A stretch of DNA of 64,000 nt from Sedimentisphaeraceae bacterium JB056. Lineage in GTDB: Bacteria; Planctomycetota; Phycisphaerae; Sedimentisphaerales; Sedimentisphaeraceae. Shown here in pieces: positions 50,203 through 61,016 of this stretch (position 1 is the first letter of the stretch; each line of letters starts with the position of its first letter). The stretch covers positions 128,001 to 192,000 of the forward strand of contig JBITAJ010000022.1 in assembly GCA_044440125.1 (NCBI GenBank). Direction: 5' to 3'. The translations under genes and the position numbers were made by a program. The notes beneath the pieces are model-generated. The model saw only the letters and a program-made list of their open reading frames with translations, did not search any database and was not told where the DNA came from.

Positions 50203-50796
50203 CTATTGTGCAAAAAGCTCTGTAGCAATAGTAGTTTCAAGGCTTTCCCTTGCCATCTGAAGCAGTACACTAACAGATATGTTAACCCTGACATCACCAC
50301 GTTTCAAGACCACGCCTCTGTCAAAATCTCCTCTTTCCTGAGAAAATGTCAGATTTGAAGCCTTCTCAAAACCCGGGTCAGCGTTAATCTCTTCCGTTAA
50401 TGATGCATCAATCACATCTTCCTTGCGTCCGGCAATAACAACCTCATCTCCATTTTCAACAGCAGAGGATATGAGCTTCTTATATAAATTCCTGTAAGAA
50501 TCCCTGTCGGTATCCAGAAGTTTCTGACGAGCGTTCTCAAATACCTCAGCAAGCACCTTCTGCTTTGATGACAATATATCTTTCCTGCTCTTCATACGCG
50601 CCGACGCAAGTATTCTTTGCTTCTTATCATCTGCTGCATTCTTGGCAAGAGTCTCGCTTTGCTTATCAAAATCAGCCAACAGTTTTTCCGTTTCTTCATT
50701 AAATTCAGAAACTTCCTGCTCAGCCTTTTTGATTATGGCATCAGCCTCTTCTCTGGCCTCAGACAATATCTTTTCGATAACTTCTTTAGCTTCCAT
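50203..50796 (-). CDS. ntpE: V/A-type ATPase subunit E
   Basis: N-terminal coiled coil (KILSEAREEA); position in the operon. Confidence 0.88.
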   Translation of the reverse strand: MEAKEVIEKILSEAREEADAIIKKAEQEVSEFNEETEKLLADFDKQSETLAKNAADDKKQRILASARMKSRKDILSSKQKVLAEVFENARQKLLDTDRDSYRNLYKKLISSAVENGDEVVIAGRKEDVIDASLTEEINADPGFEKASNLTFSQERGDFDRGVVLKRGDVRVNISVSVLLQMARESLETTIATELFAQ

Positions 50797-50878
50797 AGTT
50801 CATTCCGATCAAACCGGTATCACCGGCTGGTATTATCAACTTTATACGAGGGTATTACCCAACAATCTATCAACCGTA

Positions 50879-51391
50879 TCAAACTCCGGCTGCAACCTTA
50901 AGGTCTGTCCAGTTGACACCCTTAAGATAGATAAGAATCTGAATAACAAGACCAAACAAAGCATAAAGTTCAACCATAACGGCATACATAACACCGGCTT
51001 TAATAGCCATTTCCTGGCGTTTTGCAGCCATGAGAATACCGGCGGCACAAACACGGCCCTGATATATACCACTTACAAGACCTGAAACACCCATAGCCAA
51101 ACATGCGGCAAGAAGGATCAAACCGTCCCACAGGCTAAGAGGCAACAACTGTCCGCCAAAAGCACCCATATTAAACATAACCAGAAGTGCACCTACAAGG
51201 CCGTAAATACCCTGCGTACTGGGCAAAGCGACCAAAAGAAGGTTTGTTGTATAACGTTCCGGTTTGTCAGCAAGAACACCCGCGGCTGCACGACCGGCAG
51301 CGCCGATACCGATAGCCGAACCTGATCCGGCGAGAAACACCGACAACGCTACTCCTACAAAAGCTATTGCACTACCAATACCGATTTCCAT
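50879..51391 (-). CDS. ntpK: V/A-type ATPase proteolipid subunit K (4 TM)
   Basis: GSAIG, LPSTQGIYG, YQG, MVELYA. Confidence 0.93.
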   Translation of the reverse strand: MEIGIGSAIAFVGVALSVFLAGSGSAIGIGAAGRAAAGVLADKPERYTTNLLLVALPSTQGIYGLVGALLVMFNMGAFGGQLLPLSLWDGLILLAACLAMGVSGLVSGIYQGRVCAAGILMAAKRQEMAIKAGVMYAVMVELYALFGLVIQILIYLKGVNWTDLKVAAGV

Positions 51392-51446
51392 TTTTAGTTA
51401 TCCTTTCAAAAAACTTTCTATTCTGCTTATCAATTGTTAGTAAATT

Positions 51447-53438
51447 TTATTTAACAGTATCTTCTTCTTTTATATATACGTATTTATATTCTTCAGCAAA
51501 AGGCTCAAACGGTTTTCCGCCGCCTTCAAGAAATTTTGGGAAAAACTCTACGAACTGCAAACGCATTGAGTGAACAAAAGCACCAAGCAGCGACTGCAAT
51601 ACATTGAATATATGTCCGCAAACAAGGAATATTATCGCAAGTATCGGACCTACATACGGCGTATCACCAATGATACCGGCAATAATATTAACAGCCATTG
51701 CAACACCGCCGGTTGCCATTCCAAGAGCCATCAACCTTAAATAACTCAACAAGTCACCAAGATAGAAAATAGCACTGAAAAGGTTATAAGATCCCATACC
51801 GATTCTTGCTCCTATTCCACCTTCCCTATGGCTCAAGAACAGTATCATTGCCGCCGATACATATATCAGCAATACGGCAACTTTTCCCACCACTGGTGAA
51901 AGGTAGCCGGCTTTAGAAGCCGCCATGACCAGGAAAGAATTAAGCATCACAAGCCACGTAAGTTTATCGCAAACAGCGGCAAATAATCCATTGTTCTTCA
52001 GTATATTGAAAAATCCAACAACAAGACCGATCATTATCTGCAGATACCCAAGTATTATACTCATAACCAGGAAGGTCATTGGGTCCTCAAGCGGATTAAA
52101 CCAGGTTGTCTTCTGAATAAAAGTCTCAAGCCAGCCTATATTAAATTTCTGTGCCGCATCAAGCAGTGTACTGCCAAACCATCCACCTGTCATAGCACCG
52201 GCAAAAACAGTCAATACCGAGCAGATCAGCAGGAGTTTCATAAAGCTCTTCCCGGTCTGCATTTTTCTCATCATATAGATGGAAACACCAATCATCAGCA
52301 AACCATACCCTGCATCAGTAAGACACAGCGCAAAGAATATTGCAAAGAAAGGCGCAAGTACAACTGTAGGATCAACCTCAAAATATTGCGGTTTTCCATA
52401 TAAATTTGTTATGATCTCAAACGGCTTGGCCCATTTCTTATTCTCAATCTCAACAGGAACCTGTTCATCCGGCTCGGGTTCTATTGGGCAAACACTTGAT
52501 GCATCAAAGTCCATCACGATTTCTTTGAGCCTGTGCATATCATCTTTTTTGACCCACCCCTCAAAAATTCGAGTCCGTTCTGTGATTCCTGCTTTGTTAT
52601 AAACTGAACCAGCTATACGTTTGTTCCCATAGTGGTCATACATCATCTCAAGTTCAAGCAAAGAATCGGCAAGCTTTGATGCCTGATGAGTAATATCCTT
52701 TTGTCTCTCATTCAGGAAATGAAGCTCTTTCTCAATTTTCTCAATATTTTCAGAGACGGAGCCTTCAAGCCCCTCAAAATTAATCGCCTCAAACTCTTCT
52801 GCCCTGAGAAGTTTATATACATCAGCAGAACTCTGCTTAAGAGTTACTATAATAAAATAAACTTGCGTCTTGGTCTCAGTTACAACCGTAACGCTTGCAC
52901 CATTTTGTCCATCATTCAGTTTTTCATTGAGTTTCTGCCAATTGTTAGCAGGAACCATTCCGGAAAAAACATCTACACTTTCAAGCGAATTCAAATTAGC
53001 AAGATCATCCTCTAAAGATGTCCAAGGCCTTAAAGAATTAAGCTTGGCGTTGAGATTATCCTGCTCGCTGCTTATCTTCGTAAGCTCATTGTTGAGCTCT
53101 GTAGCTTTGCTTAAAACGGCATCAGTCTTCTCAGACTCGACATTTTCCTGATACTCATAACTGTCAACAACAACTCGCGGAGCCAGCAGAGTAGCCAGAG
53201 GCTTACCCTTATGGTGCTGCTTGAGAAAAGTTATCGCTTTGTCCAGTTTTTGAAAAGTTTCCTCAGTATCACGGTCTCGTTTCACCTGAGGCTTCAATTC
53301 TTCATCAGCCTTCAAAACCGTAGAAGACTCTTCATCCAGTATATGGAGAATTCCAGCCTTCTGAATGCTCTTTAAGAGATTTTCAGATTGCGACTGATGA
53401 CTAATTATCAATATCTTTTGAACTCCGGCTACTGCCAT
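51447..53438 (-). CDS. ntpI: V/A-type ATPase subunit I (a)
   Basis: EGWV, P.Y.EVDPT, DAGYG, LSYLRLMAL, HSMRLQFVEFF.KF. Confidence 0.95.
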   Translation of the reverse strand: MAVAGVQKILIISHQSQSENLLKSIQKAGILHILDEESSTVLKADEELKPQVKRDRDTEETFQKLDKAITFLKQHHKGKPLATLLAPRVVVDSYEYQENVESEKTDAVLSKATELNNELTKISSEQDNLNAKLNSLRPWTSLEDDLANLNSLESVDVFSGMVPANNWQKLNEKLNDGQNGASVTVVTETKTQVYFIIVTLKQSSADVYKLLRAEEFEAINFEGLEGSVSENIEKIEKELHFLNERQKDITHQASKLADSLLELEMMYDHYGNKRIAGSVYNKAGITERTRIFEGWVKKDDMHRLKEIVMDFDASSVCPIEPEPDEQVPVEIENKKWAKPFEIITNLYGKPQYFEVDPTVVLAPFFAIFFALCLTDAGYGLLMIGVSIYMMRKMQTGKSFMKLLLICSVLTVFAGAMTGGWFGSTLLDAAQKFNIGWLETFIQKTTWFNPLEDPMTFLVMSIILGYLQIMIGLVVGFFNILKNNGLFAAVCDKLTWLVMLNSFLVMAASKAGYLSPVVGKVAVLLIYVSAAMILFLSHREGGIGARIGMGSYNLFSAIFYLGDLLSYLRLMALGMATGGVAMAVNIIAGIIGDTPYVGPILAIIFLVCGHIFNVLQSLLGAFVHSMRLQFVEFFPKFLEGGGKPFEPFAEEYKYVYIKEEDTVK

Positions 53439-53459
53439 TGTCAGACCTCATACTTCTCT

Positions 53460-53777
53460 TTAATTTTCAGCCAGAGAATTCACAAACCCTGTAACTTTTT
53501 CAACAGCATCATTTAATGACTGTCCAGTTTTACTGTTGATATCCTGGCATATTTTATTCGACTCCATCTCAAGAGATGAAGCCTGCATAGAAGCTTCATT
53601 ATCGGCATCATCAACGGCTTTTTCAATCGTCTCGCGTCTTACAGACCTTCTATCTTCAAGCGATTGAGCCCGTTGTTTCTTTGCCTGCTCAGTAATTTCC
53701 GCAGCCTTCTCTTTGGCCTCAGAAACTATCTCTTTAGCTTGCTTTTCCGCTTCTTTGATTTCCTTAATTATTTCCAT
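53460..53777 (-). CDS. V/A-type ATPase subunit G/H
   Basis: IKEIKEAEKQAKEIV.EA helical stalk; first gene of the operon. Confidence 0.82.
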   Translation of the reverse strand: MEIIKEIKEAEKQAKEIVSEAKEKAAEITEQAKKQRAQSLEDRRSVRRETIEKAVDDADNEASMQASSLEMESNKICQDINSKTGQSLNDAVEKVTGFVNSLAEN

Positions 53778-53900
53778 AGTTTATCCCATAACTCTTAAAT
53801 CAACCATAAAGTATCATACTCAATAAGAATAGCATTTCAAGTCTTTATCGATTTTTTAACAATTAGCTTGTTGTACATTTAACTTTAACCCAATATAAAA

Positions 53901-54584
53901 CTAAGATACTATCATCTCACAATGTTTCATAGCAAGAATTATCTGGTCTGCTACCTGCTCTGCAGTAAATACAGAATTATCCAAGGTCATGTTAAAAGCA
54001 GGAGTCTTTGGATTAGCCTGCGAATAAGTTTGCCTTAGATAATGCCTTGTCCGTTCAACTTCTTTAAGTCTCTCGGCAGCCATATCCTTGCTCAGCTGCT
54101 CTCTGCGACAAACCCTCTGAAGCCTCCAACTCTCAGGAGCTTCTATTCTTACACTAAGACCGTTCTCCATATCAGCAGTTGCCGCCGCACCACCCTGGCC
54201 AACAATTATCGAGTGACCCTCAACGGCAATCTTACGAACTATCGCCGCAATCTGACTTCTTACCTGAAAAGTATCAGGAGCAGAATTCACACGGACGTTT
54301 TTTAAAATTTCATAAAGAAAACCAGTTTTCTCAGTCCTTGCCTTCTCAATGGCTTCCACAGAATAGCCAGATTCATCTGCAAGTTTTCTCAGTATTTCCT
54401 TACGATATACTTTCCACTTCTTCGCATCGTCCATCTCATTAAGTTTATTGGCGAGTATATCAGCAAGCTCATACCCTGAGCACCCGAATTCACGAGATAT
54501 TGTCACAAAAGGTCCCATTTTAGGCTTTGCACCACTACCCGGTGAATTCTCTTTTATATAACCCTTAAGTGTTGGTCTGTCCAT
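53901..54584 (-). CDS. Cytidylate kinase-like family protein
   Basis: VTISREFGCSG, IIVGQGG, VRIEAP...R. Confidence 0.82.
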   Translation of the reverse strand: MDRPTLKGYIKENSPGSGAKPKMGPFVTISREFGCSGYELADILANKLNEMDDAKKWKVYRKEILRKLADESGYSVEAIEKARTEKTGFLYEILKNVRVNSAPDTFQVRSQIAAIVRKIAVEGHSIIVGQGGAAATADMENGLSVRIEAPESWRLQRVCRREQLSKDMAAERLKEVERTRHYLRQTYSQANPKTPAFNMTLDNSVFTAEQVADQIILAMKHCEMIVS

Positions 54585-54747
54585 ATCTGCTCCTTCGCTC
54601 TATATGAAATTAGTACACATTGGCATTATAACACTTTTAATATATGAAACCAGAAAAAAACACTTTCTTTATAAGCAATAAGCCTGCTAATAAAACACAA
54701 ACAAACCACTACAAACACAAACAAACACTTATTATTTGTGATTCAGT

Positions 54748-56079
54748 TTATTTGTATAATATTTGCCCTGTCTCAGTCATCAGTTCTAACAAATCAAGAC
54801 GATACCTAATCAGGCTTGAGGCAACTGCACCAGAGGCACGAACAAGATCACGCTGGGATTCATTAAGCCTTGTAAGCGATTCAGTACCCGCCTTATACGA
54901 CTTCTCCACGTTATCTCTTATCTTTGAAGTCAATTCAAATGTCTCTTTGTAAAGAAGATAAATCTGATAAGAAGATGCAGCATTTGCCATTATGCCCCTT
55001 ATTGAAGACTGTATCTCCAATATTTTATTATTCTTTTGAGCCTTAAGCTGTCTAACCAAGGCTTCTGCATTTTTAACATCAGCATATCTTCGGCTACCGG
55101 TATAAAGATTCCACCTTGCTGCAATACCAATATAGCTTCGATGCTCATCTTGGTCAACAGCAGCAATATCATCCTGATCAAGATACTCAAAACCACCAAA
55201 CACCGATAAAGCCGGACTATACGCTGCCTTATTTTGTCTTACAAGCTGCCGGGCTTCCATTACAGATGCGTTTAAAGCCTTCAAATCGGGACGATTAGCG
55301 ACAGCCAAAGCGATTTGCGTATCAATATTCTCTGTCGGTTTGCTAATCTTCGAATCAGTTCTTACAGGATACATGTCCGCCTGAAGCTTTGCATCAGGCA
55401 ATGCCATAAGCCTTGCGAGAACAGTAGCCGCAACTTCAAAGCCTCGCTGGGAATCAACATAATCAGCTTTTGCTTCTATTGCTTTGACAGTAAAATTAAG
55501 CATTTCAGATTCAGGTGCAACACCAACCTGCCAGCGTTTCCTTGAATCATCCTCAAGCCTCTTATTAAAAGTCATATTCTCATCTGCTATTACCATTTGT
55601 TCAACAGAAAGCTGCGCCTGATAAAAGGCTGTTGAAACAGCCTGAACAAGAAGTCTTTGAGTATCCTTCAATAGTTCTTCATTTCTTTCTACGCCATATT
55701 TAGCCCCCAGAATCCTTGCCTCTCTGGCAAAACCGTCAAAAAGAAGCCAATTTATTTGAATACCCGCAGAATTCTGCTTAAAAGAATCATGTGCCCTTAC
55801 AGAAGGATTCCAATCTAATTGCTCAACACCATCATATAAGCTTGCAGTTGCATTAGCAGATACAACCGGCAAAAGCGAGGACTTTGCACCTCGAAGCAAT
55901 TGCTCTGCTGCAACAATACCTTCAAGAGCTTGCTCAATACCTGGGTTATTCTCAAGTGCCAATTCTCGCGCCTGAGAGCAAGTCAAATTACCAACTGGAA
56001 TATTACGATTTTGTTGCGGATACGAAACCCCTGCAACAAACAATATTATCAACAAAAGTATTTTAGTTTTCATATTCAC
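54748..56079 (-). CDS. TolC-family outer-membrane efflux protein
   Basis: Signal peptide; ALENNP, LFDGF, ANRPDL, WNLYTG repeats. Confidence 0.9.
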   Translation of the reverse strand: MNMKTKILLLIILFVAGVSYPQQNRNIPVGNLTCSQARELALENNPGIEQALEGIVAAEQLLRGAKSSLLPVVSANATASLYDGVEQLDWNPSVRAHDSFKQNSAGIQINWLLFDGFAREARILGAKYGVERNEELLKDTQRLLVQAVSTAFYQAQLSVEQMVIADENMTFNKRLEDDSRKRWQVGVAPESEMLNFTVKAIEAKADYVDSQRGFEVAATVLARLMALPDAKLQADMYPVRTDSKISKPTENIDTQIALAVANRPDLKALNASVMEARQLVRQNKAAYSPALSVFGGFEYLDQDDIAAVDQDEHRSYIGIAARWNLYTGSRRYADVKNAEALVRQLKAQKNNKILEIQSSIRGIMANAASSYQIYLLYKETFELTSKIRDNVEKSYKAGTESLTRLNESQRDLVRASGAVASSLIRYRLDLLELMTETGQILYK

Positions 56080-56083
56080 TCCG

Positions 56084-59000
56084 TCAAAGATGTTCTGATT
56101 CAGCTTTAACTTTATAAACTATCGAATAAGTTACCGGGACAACGATAAGCGTTAGGAATGTTGCAACAAAGAGCCCACCCATTATCGTAGCTGCCATAGC
56201 CGCATAAAGAGGATCGGTTACAAGCGGTGACATTCCAAGTATTGTAGTACCTGAAGCCATGATTACAGGTCGCATACGACTTACAGATGAATCAAGGATT
56301 GCTTTATAGGGAGCCTTACCTGCCTGAAGATCAAGTTCAACCTGATCAATCAATACAATCGCATTTTTGATCAGCATTCCGGAAAGCCCAAGAAATCCGA
56401 GTATTGACATAAAACCGAATGCAAGGTTTGTAGCCCAAAGTCCAAGAAATACGCCTATAATTGAAAGAGGTACTGTCAAAAATATTATCAGAGGCCGCCG
56501 AACTGAATTGAACAGCCAAACGACAATAACAAACATTCCAATCACACATATCGGAAAAATTTTCTGTAGAGGTTCCTGACCATCCACTGACTCCTCATAC
56601 TCTCCACCCCATTCCATAGTGTATCCGACAGGAAGCTCTATCGCTTCTATCTGTTTTAACATCGCATTTCTAACTGGATCAGCCAACCCTTTGACAGGAT
56701 TGCACTGTACAGTAACAGTAGACCGCCTGTTACGTCTTTGTACCAGAGGCCACTCCCACTGAGGCTTAACTCCCGTTACAACCTGCTTAATCGGTACAAA
56801 TGTACTGTAAGCCGAACTCCAGACCTGTACATTCTCAATATTCTCTATTGTTTTTCTGTCTTTTTCAGAAGCACGTGAAACTATAGGTATAAGCTCATCA
56901 GCTTCCCTGTAGAGTCCTACTGCAACACCGTTAAAGTTCCACTGCAGCGACTGGGAAAGATCGCTTCTTGTAACCCCGACATTTCTCGCCTGTGTTTCAG
57001 AGAAGTCTGGACGAATGGTACGCACCATTTGCCGCCAGTCAGTCCTTACATCCCTTGTATTGCCAGTTTTCCTCATTACATCCATCGCTTCTTTGCTGAG
57101 CCGGTTAAGTACATCAATATCTGGACCACTAAACCGTACTTCAATCAAATATGCCATTGATGGGCCGCTTATAATCTTAGAACAATAAGGCTCTGAGTCC
57201 GGGTAATTCTCTGCAAGATAACTGTCAGTCTTCTCTATTAAAGAGTCAATATTCCGATAGTCATCAACCTCAACAAGAAGCTGGCCATAGCTTGAATTTC
57301 GACTCTCGTATTCGTAGTTAAGCACGAATCTCAATGAACCCTCACCAACAAAAGTAGTTACATTCTCGACACCCTCAAAATCAGAGACATTTCTCTCAAT
57401 TTTCTTAAGATCATCAGAAGTATGGCTTATATGAGTTCCTTGCGGAGTCCAGTAATTAACATAAAAATATCTCTGCATTGAAGATGGGAAAAATGCCTTT
57501 GGAATACTCTTAAAACCTGCCATTGCAAGCACAAGTATTCCCACTGTAATAGCCACTGTTATATAACGATGTTTAATCGTATGATGCAGCAAGCCGCGAT
57601 ACATTCGGAACATTTTTTTATCGTAAGGATTAAATCCTTCTTCGACATCAGGAATTTTTAGAAACCATACGCAAAATAAAGGAGTTACAGTAACAGCAAG
57701 CACCCAGCTTGTAAGCAGAGAAATAGCCATTACATAGAAAAGGCTTCGACAGAATTCACCAACATTTCCTGGAGCAAAACCTATTGCGGCAAAAGCAAGG
57801 ACAGCCACAAAAGTAGCACCAAGCAACGGCCACATTGTATCCCTGACAACATCAACCGCCGCTTCCTCTCGGCTTTCACCTTTTTCAACTCTCACTAAAA
57901 TACCATCTGCAACAACAATCGCATTGTCAACAAGCATGCCAAGTGCAAGAATGAGAGCGCCAAGTGAAATTTTCTGTAAATCGATATCCATTATAAGCAT
58001 ACCGATAAAAGTACAAAGTATAGTAAGAAGCAATATGACTCCTATGAGACAACCACTCTGCCATCCCATAAACAGCATCAGAAGTACCACAACAATAACT
58101 ACAGCTTCTACTAAATTGATTACAAAATTATCAACAGACTTTGTTACGATTTCACTTTGATAATATATGGGATTAAGCTTCATGCCCTCAGGAATCTCAG
58201 GCTCAAGCTGTTTAAGCTTTTCCTTTACAGCCTGTCCCATTGTAACAACATTACCACCATCAACTGTTGATATTCCAATACCTATACACTTCTTGCCATT
58301 GAACCTCATTACATTTCTTGGAGGATCAACATAATCTCTGTATATATTTGCAATATCACCAAGTCTGACCAAGCTGTCTGAGGAGCCGACATAAAGATCA
58401 GCAATAACCTGTTCGCTCTCGAAATCACCAGTTGGTGTTATCCGCATATACTCTTTGTCAACATCAACTTGGCCGCTTTGCTGAACAATATTCTGATTCT
58501 GAATAGTCGAATATATCTGCTGAGGCGAAACCCCAAGCTCAGCTATTTTAGAACGATCAAACTCAACATAGATGACTTCCTGACGCAGTCCCCAAAAATC
58601 AATTTTGGCAACGTCATGACAAAAGAGCAATTCTTTTTTGATACTGTCAGCATAATCTTTAAGCTCGGCATAAGAGTGGCCCTCACCTGTAAGAGCAAAA
58701 TACACGCCATATACATCACCAAAATCATCATTAACGATTGACGGACCTGCTCCAGGTGGAAGCAAACCCTGACAATCATTTACTTTACGCCTCAGTTCAT
58801 CCCATATCTGCGGTAACTCCCCTGCTAAAAATTCGTCTTTCATATCTACATAAACTATTGAAAGACCTTCCTGCGAAGTAGAGTATATCTCTTTTACCTG
58901 GCCCATTTGCTGGATAGCTTCTTCGATTACATCAGTAACCTCTTCCTCTACCTCAGAAGGGCTTGCACCAGGGTAAGAAGTAGCTACAAGAGCCGTCTTA

Positions 59001-59134
59001 ATTGTGAAATTAGGATCTTCGAGCTGCCCAAGATTTCCGAAAGCCCATATTCCGCCGCCAATCGCCATTAAGGTCATTACAACCATGACAGTCCGCTTAC
59101 GTAGGGCAAAAACTGCTGGATTCATATTATTCAA
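56084..59134 (-). CDS. RND efflux permease (AcrB/D/F family)
   Basis: YPGASP.EVE, LGMLVDNAIVV, KNAIVLID, RMRPV. Confidence 0.95.
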   Translation of the reverse strand: MNNMNPAVFALRKRTVMVVMTLMAIGGGIWAFGNLGQLEDPNFTIKTALVATSYPGASPSEVEEEVTDVIEEAIQQMGQVKEIYSTSQEGLSIVYVDMKDEFLAGELPQIWDELRRKVNDCQGLLPPGAGPSIVNDDFGDVYGVYFALTGEGHSYAELKDYADSIKKELLFCHDVAKIDFWGLRQEVIYVEFDRSKIAELGVSPQQIYSTIQNQNIVQQSGQVDVDKEYMRITPTGDFESEQVIADLYVGSSDSLVRLGDIANIYRDYVDPPRNVMRFNGKKCIGIGISTVDGGNVVTMGQAVKEKLKQLEPEIPEGMKLNPIYYQSEIVTKSVDNFVINLVEAVVIVVVLLMLFMGWQSGCLIGVILLLTILCTFIGMLIMDIDLQKISLGALILALGMLVDNAIVVADGILVRVEKGESREEAAVDVVRDTMWPLLGATFVAVLAFAAIGFAPGNVGEFCRSLFYVMAISLLTSWVLAVTVTPLFCVWFLKIPDVEEGFNPYDKKMFRMYRGLLHHTIKHRYITVAITVGILVLAMAGFKSIPKAFFPSSMQRYFYVNYWTPQGTHISHTSDDLKKIERNVSDFEGVENVTTFVGEGSLRFVLNYEYESRNSSYGQLLVEVDDYRNIDSLIEKTDSYLAENYPDSEPYCSKIISGPSMAYLIEVRFSGPDIDVLNRLSKEAMDVMRKTGNTRDVRTDWRQMVRTIRPDFSETQARNVGVTRSDLSQSLQWNFNGVAVGLYREADELIPIVSRASEKDRKTIENIENVQVWSSAYSTFVPIKQVVTGVKPQWEWPLVQRRNRRSTVTVQCNPVKGLADPVRNAMLKQIEAIELPVGYTMEWGGEYEESVDGQEPLQKIFPICVIGMFVIVVWLFNSVRRPLIIFLTVPLSIIGVFLGLWATNLAFGFMSILGFLGLSGMLIKNAIVLIDQVELDLQAGKAPYKAILDSSVSRMRPVIMASGTTILGMSPLVTDPLYAAMAATIMGGLFVATFLTLIVVPVTYSIVYKVKAESEHL

Positions 59135-59151
59135 TACCTTTGCTGCCTATC

Positions 59152-60249
59152 TCAGTTAGTAGTATTTATCGGATCAAGTATCATATCAGATGTTATATAA
59201 TCAACACCTTCAATAACTATCTTATCACTTGGCTTGAGACCTTTTACCACCCTTACTTTAGAAGAGCCAACAAGCCCGTCAAGCTCAACTTCAGTAAACT
59301 TTGCCTTCTTAGCAACCTGATCATAAACCCAAACATTATTTTGTCCCTCCATTCCAGGTACGATTGCACTGACAGGCACAGTTGCAACTGCTTGAGGTAC
59401 AGTATCGCCGCCCCAATGGATTTCAGCTGTCATTCCTGGAAAAACCTGTACATTATCAGGAGCTTTCATACAGAAAGTAACACTGTATGTTCTTGTTATC
59501 TTATCAGCAGCGGTACTCCACTCCTTCAGCTCAGCTTCAAATTCACGAGATTTGATTGCCGGTAATTTTACAATCCCCGAAACACCTTTCTTAATCAAAA
59601 GAGAAACTATTTCATTCTCTGGTATCCTTGCCTCTATCTCAAGAACCGCAATTTTGTGCATTTTAAGCACAACCTGACCGGCTTCTATCATTTCATAGTT
59701 TTCTACAAGCTGATCTGTAATAATACCATCATAAGGAGCCCTTAAAGAAGTATCTTCAAGTTTATGATCAGCAATCTGAAGCTGTGCAGTGATTGCCTTA
59801 ACCTGAGCAATCGCTGTGTCCTTTAGATTCTTGGCGCTATCATAATCTGCCTGCGGAATAACTTTTTGATTCCATAACTTGACAGCCCTTTCAAAATCCC
59901 TGTTTGCCTTTTCACACGCAGACTCCGCTGATGCAAGAGAAGCCTTAAGCACTTCGATATTATCAAGAAAGTCGCGACTATCTATCTGCATCAAAACATC
60001 ACCGGATTTAACCTCGTCACCCGGCGAAACATTAACGCTTACAAGCGGACCATCGACCCTGAAAGAAAGCTGCGTAGTATCAGAAGCTTTTATGCTGGCA
60101 GGATAGCAATTATTACCTTCGAGTTTCACCATAGATACATCTGCAACAACAACAGGCTTGGGGTCCTCCTGCTGAGCAGAACAGTAAGCAGCCAACCCCA
60201 TAACAACACAAAGCAAAAATCTTTTACATTTTGATATAAACATTCTCAT
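59152..60249 (-). CDS. RND periplasmic adaptor (MFP)
   Basis: LSFRVDG, V..GD.V, LRAPYDG, PGMTA. Confidence 0.93.
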   Translation of the reverse strand: MRMFISKCKRFLLCVVMGLAAYCSAQQEDPKPVVVADVSMVKLEGNNCYPASIKASDTTQLSFRVDGPLVSVNVSPGDEVKSGDVLMQIDSRDFLDNIEVLKASLASAESACEKANRDFERAVKLWNQKVIPQADYDSAKNLKDTAIAQVKAITAQLQIADHKLEDTSLRAPYDGIITDQLVENYEMIEAGQVVLKMHKIAVLEIEARIPENEIVSLLIKKGVSGIVKLPAIKSREFEAELKEWSTAADKITRTYSVTFCMKAPDNVQVFPGMTAEIHWGGDTVPQAVATVPVSAIVPGMEGQNNVWVYDQVAKKAKFTEVELDGLVGSSKVRVVKGLKPSDKIVIEGVDYITSDMILDPINTTN

Positions 60250-60254
60250 ATTAC

Positions 60255-60905
60255 CTATTTATCCAATTCATCTACAGGCAAACCAAGGATGAACTGCGTC
60301 TGCCTTGTTAAAATATCTTCCATATCTCTTAAATATTCTTCACTAAACTCATCAGATTCGAGACGTTCAAGAATAGTCTCATAATAATCTGCCTGAAAAA
60401 AGACAGGCGTACTCATCACGAGAAACCGAAGCACATATTGCTGTTGAGTCAAATCCGGTTTTATACGACTTATCAGTTCAATAACAGCATTTTCTTCATC
60501 CTGCACCATGCTATCGAGGACATTTTGAAGACCACATTTAAACTGAAATACCTGATAAACAACTCTCATGTGCCACCATGGACGTTTTTTATCAAAAGTA
60601 ACTCTAACATTACGTTTTATAACCGCCCTTACAGCATTCGCCTGACCTTCGGGAGTATCAAGCACATCTAAAAAAGGTGCAATAGCATCTTTAACCGAGA
60701 AACGATCACGAAAAATCATTACAGATTTGACAACCGCTTCAAAAAGAGCATTCTTACCACCAAAATGATAATGAATACTTCCAATATTGGCATTAGCCCT
60801 TTTAGCTATAGCCCTTGTCGAAACATTCGGAAATCCAATCTCTGCGGCCAATTCGCCTGCCGCATCAATCAAGTCATCACGAGTTTTTTCACTACTTGCA
60901 TACAT
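60255..60905 (-). CDS. TetR-family regulator (CecR/YbiH-like)
   Basis: HTH STRAIAKRANANIGSIHYHFGGK. Start placed at the ATG at 60905, after AGGTGG; the track starts at 60914. Confidence 0.9.
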   Translation of the reverse strand: MYASSEKTRDDLIDAAGELAAEIGFPNVSTRAIAKRANANIGSIHYHFGGKNALFEAVVKSVMIFRDRFSVKDAIAPFLDVLDTPEGQANAVRAVIKRNVRVTFDKKRPWWHMRVVYQVFQFKCGLQNVLDSMVQDEENAVIELISRIKPDLTQQQYVLRFLVMSTPVFFQADYYETILERLESDEFSEEYLRDMEDILTRQTQFILGLPVDELDK

Positions 60906-60921
60906 AAAGACCACCTATTTA

Positions 60922-60973
60922 TTAATCACTTGACTAAATTTAACCAAAAGACCAAATTAAGTCAAATGATTAA
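60922..60973. promoter_or_regulatory. Double TetR-type operator
   Basis: 20-bp inverted repeat (18/20 match); each arm is itself a near-palindrome, TTAATCA-NN-TGACT(A/T)A. Confidence 0.7.
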
Positions 60974-61016
60974 ATTTAAAAAAGAAAAATTCCCCAAAAA
61001 AAAATAACACGTAAAC

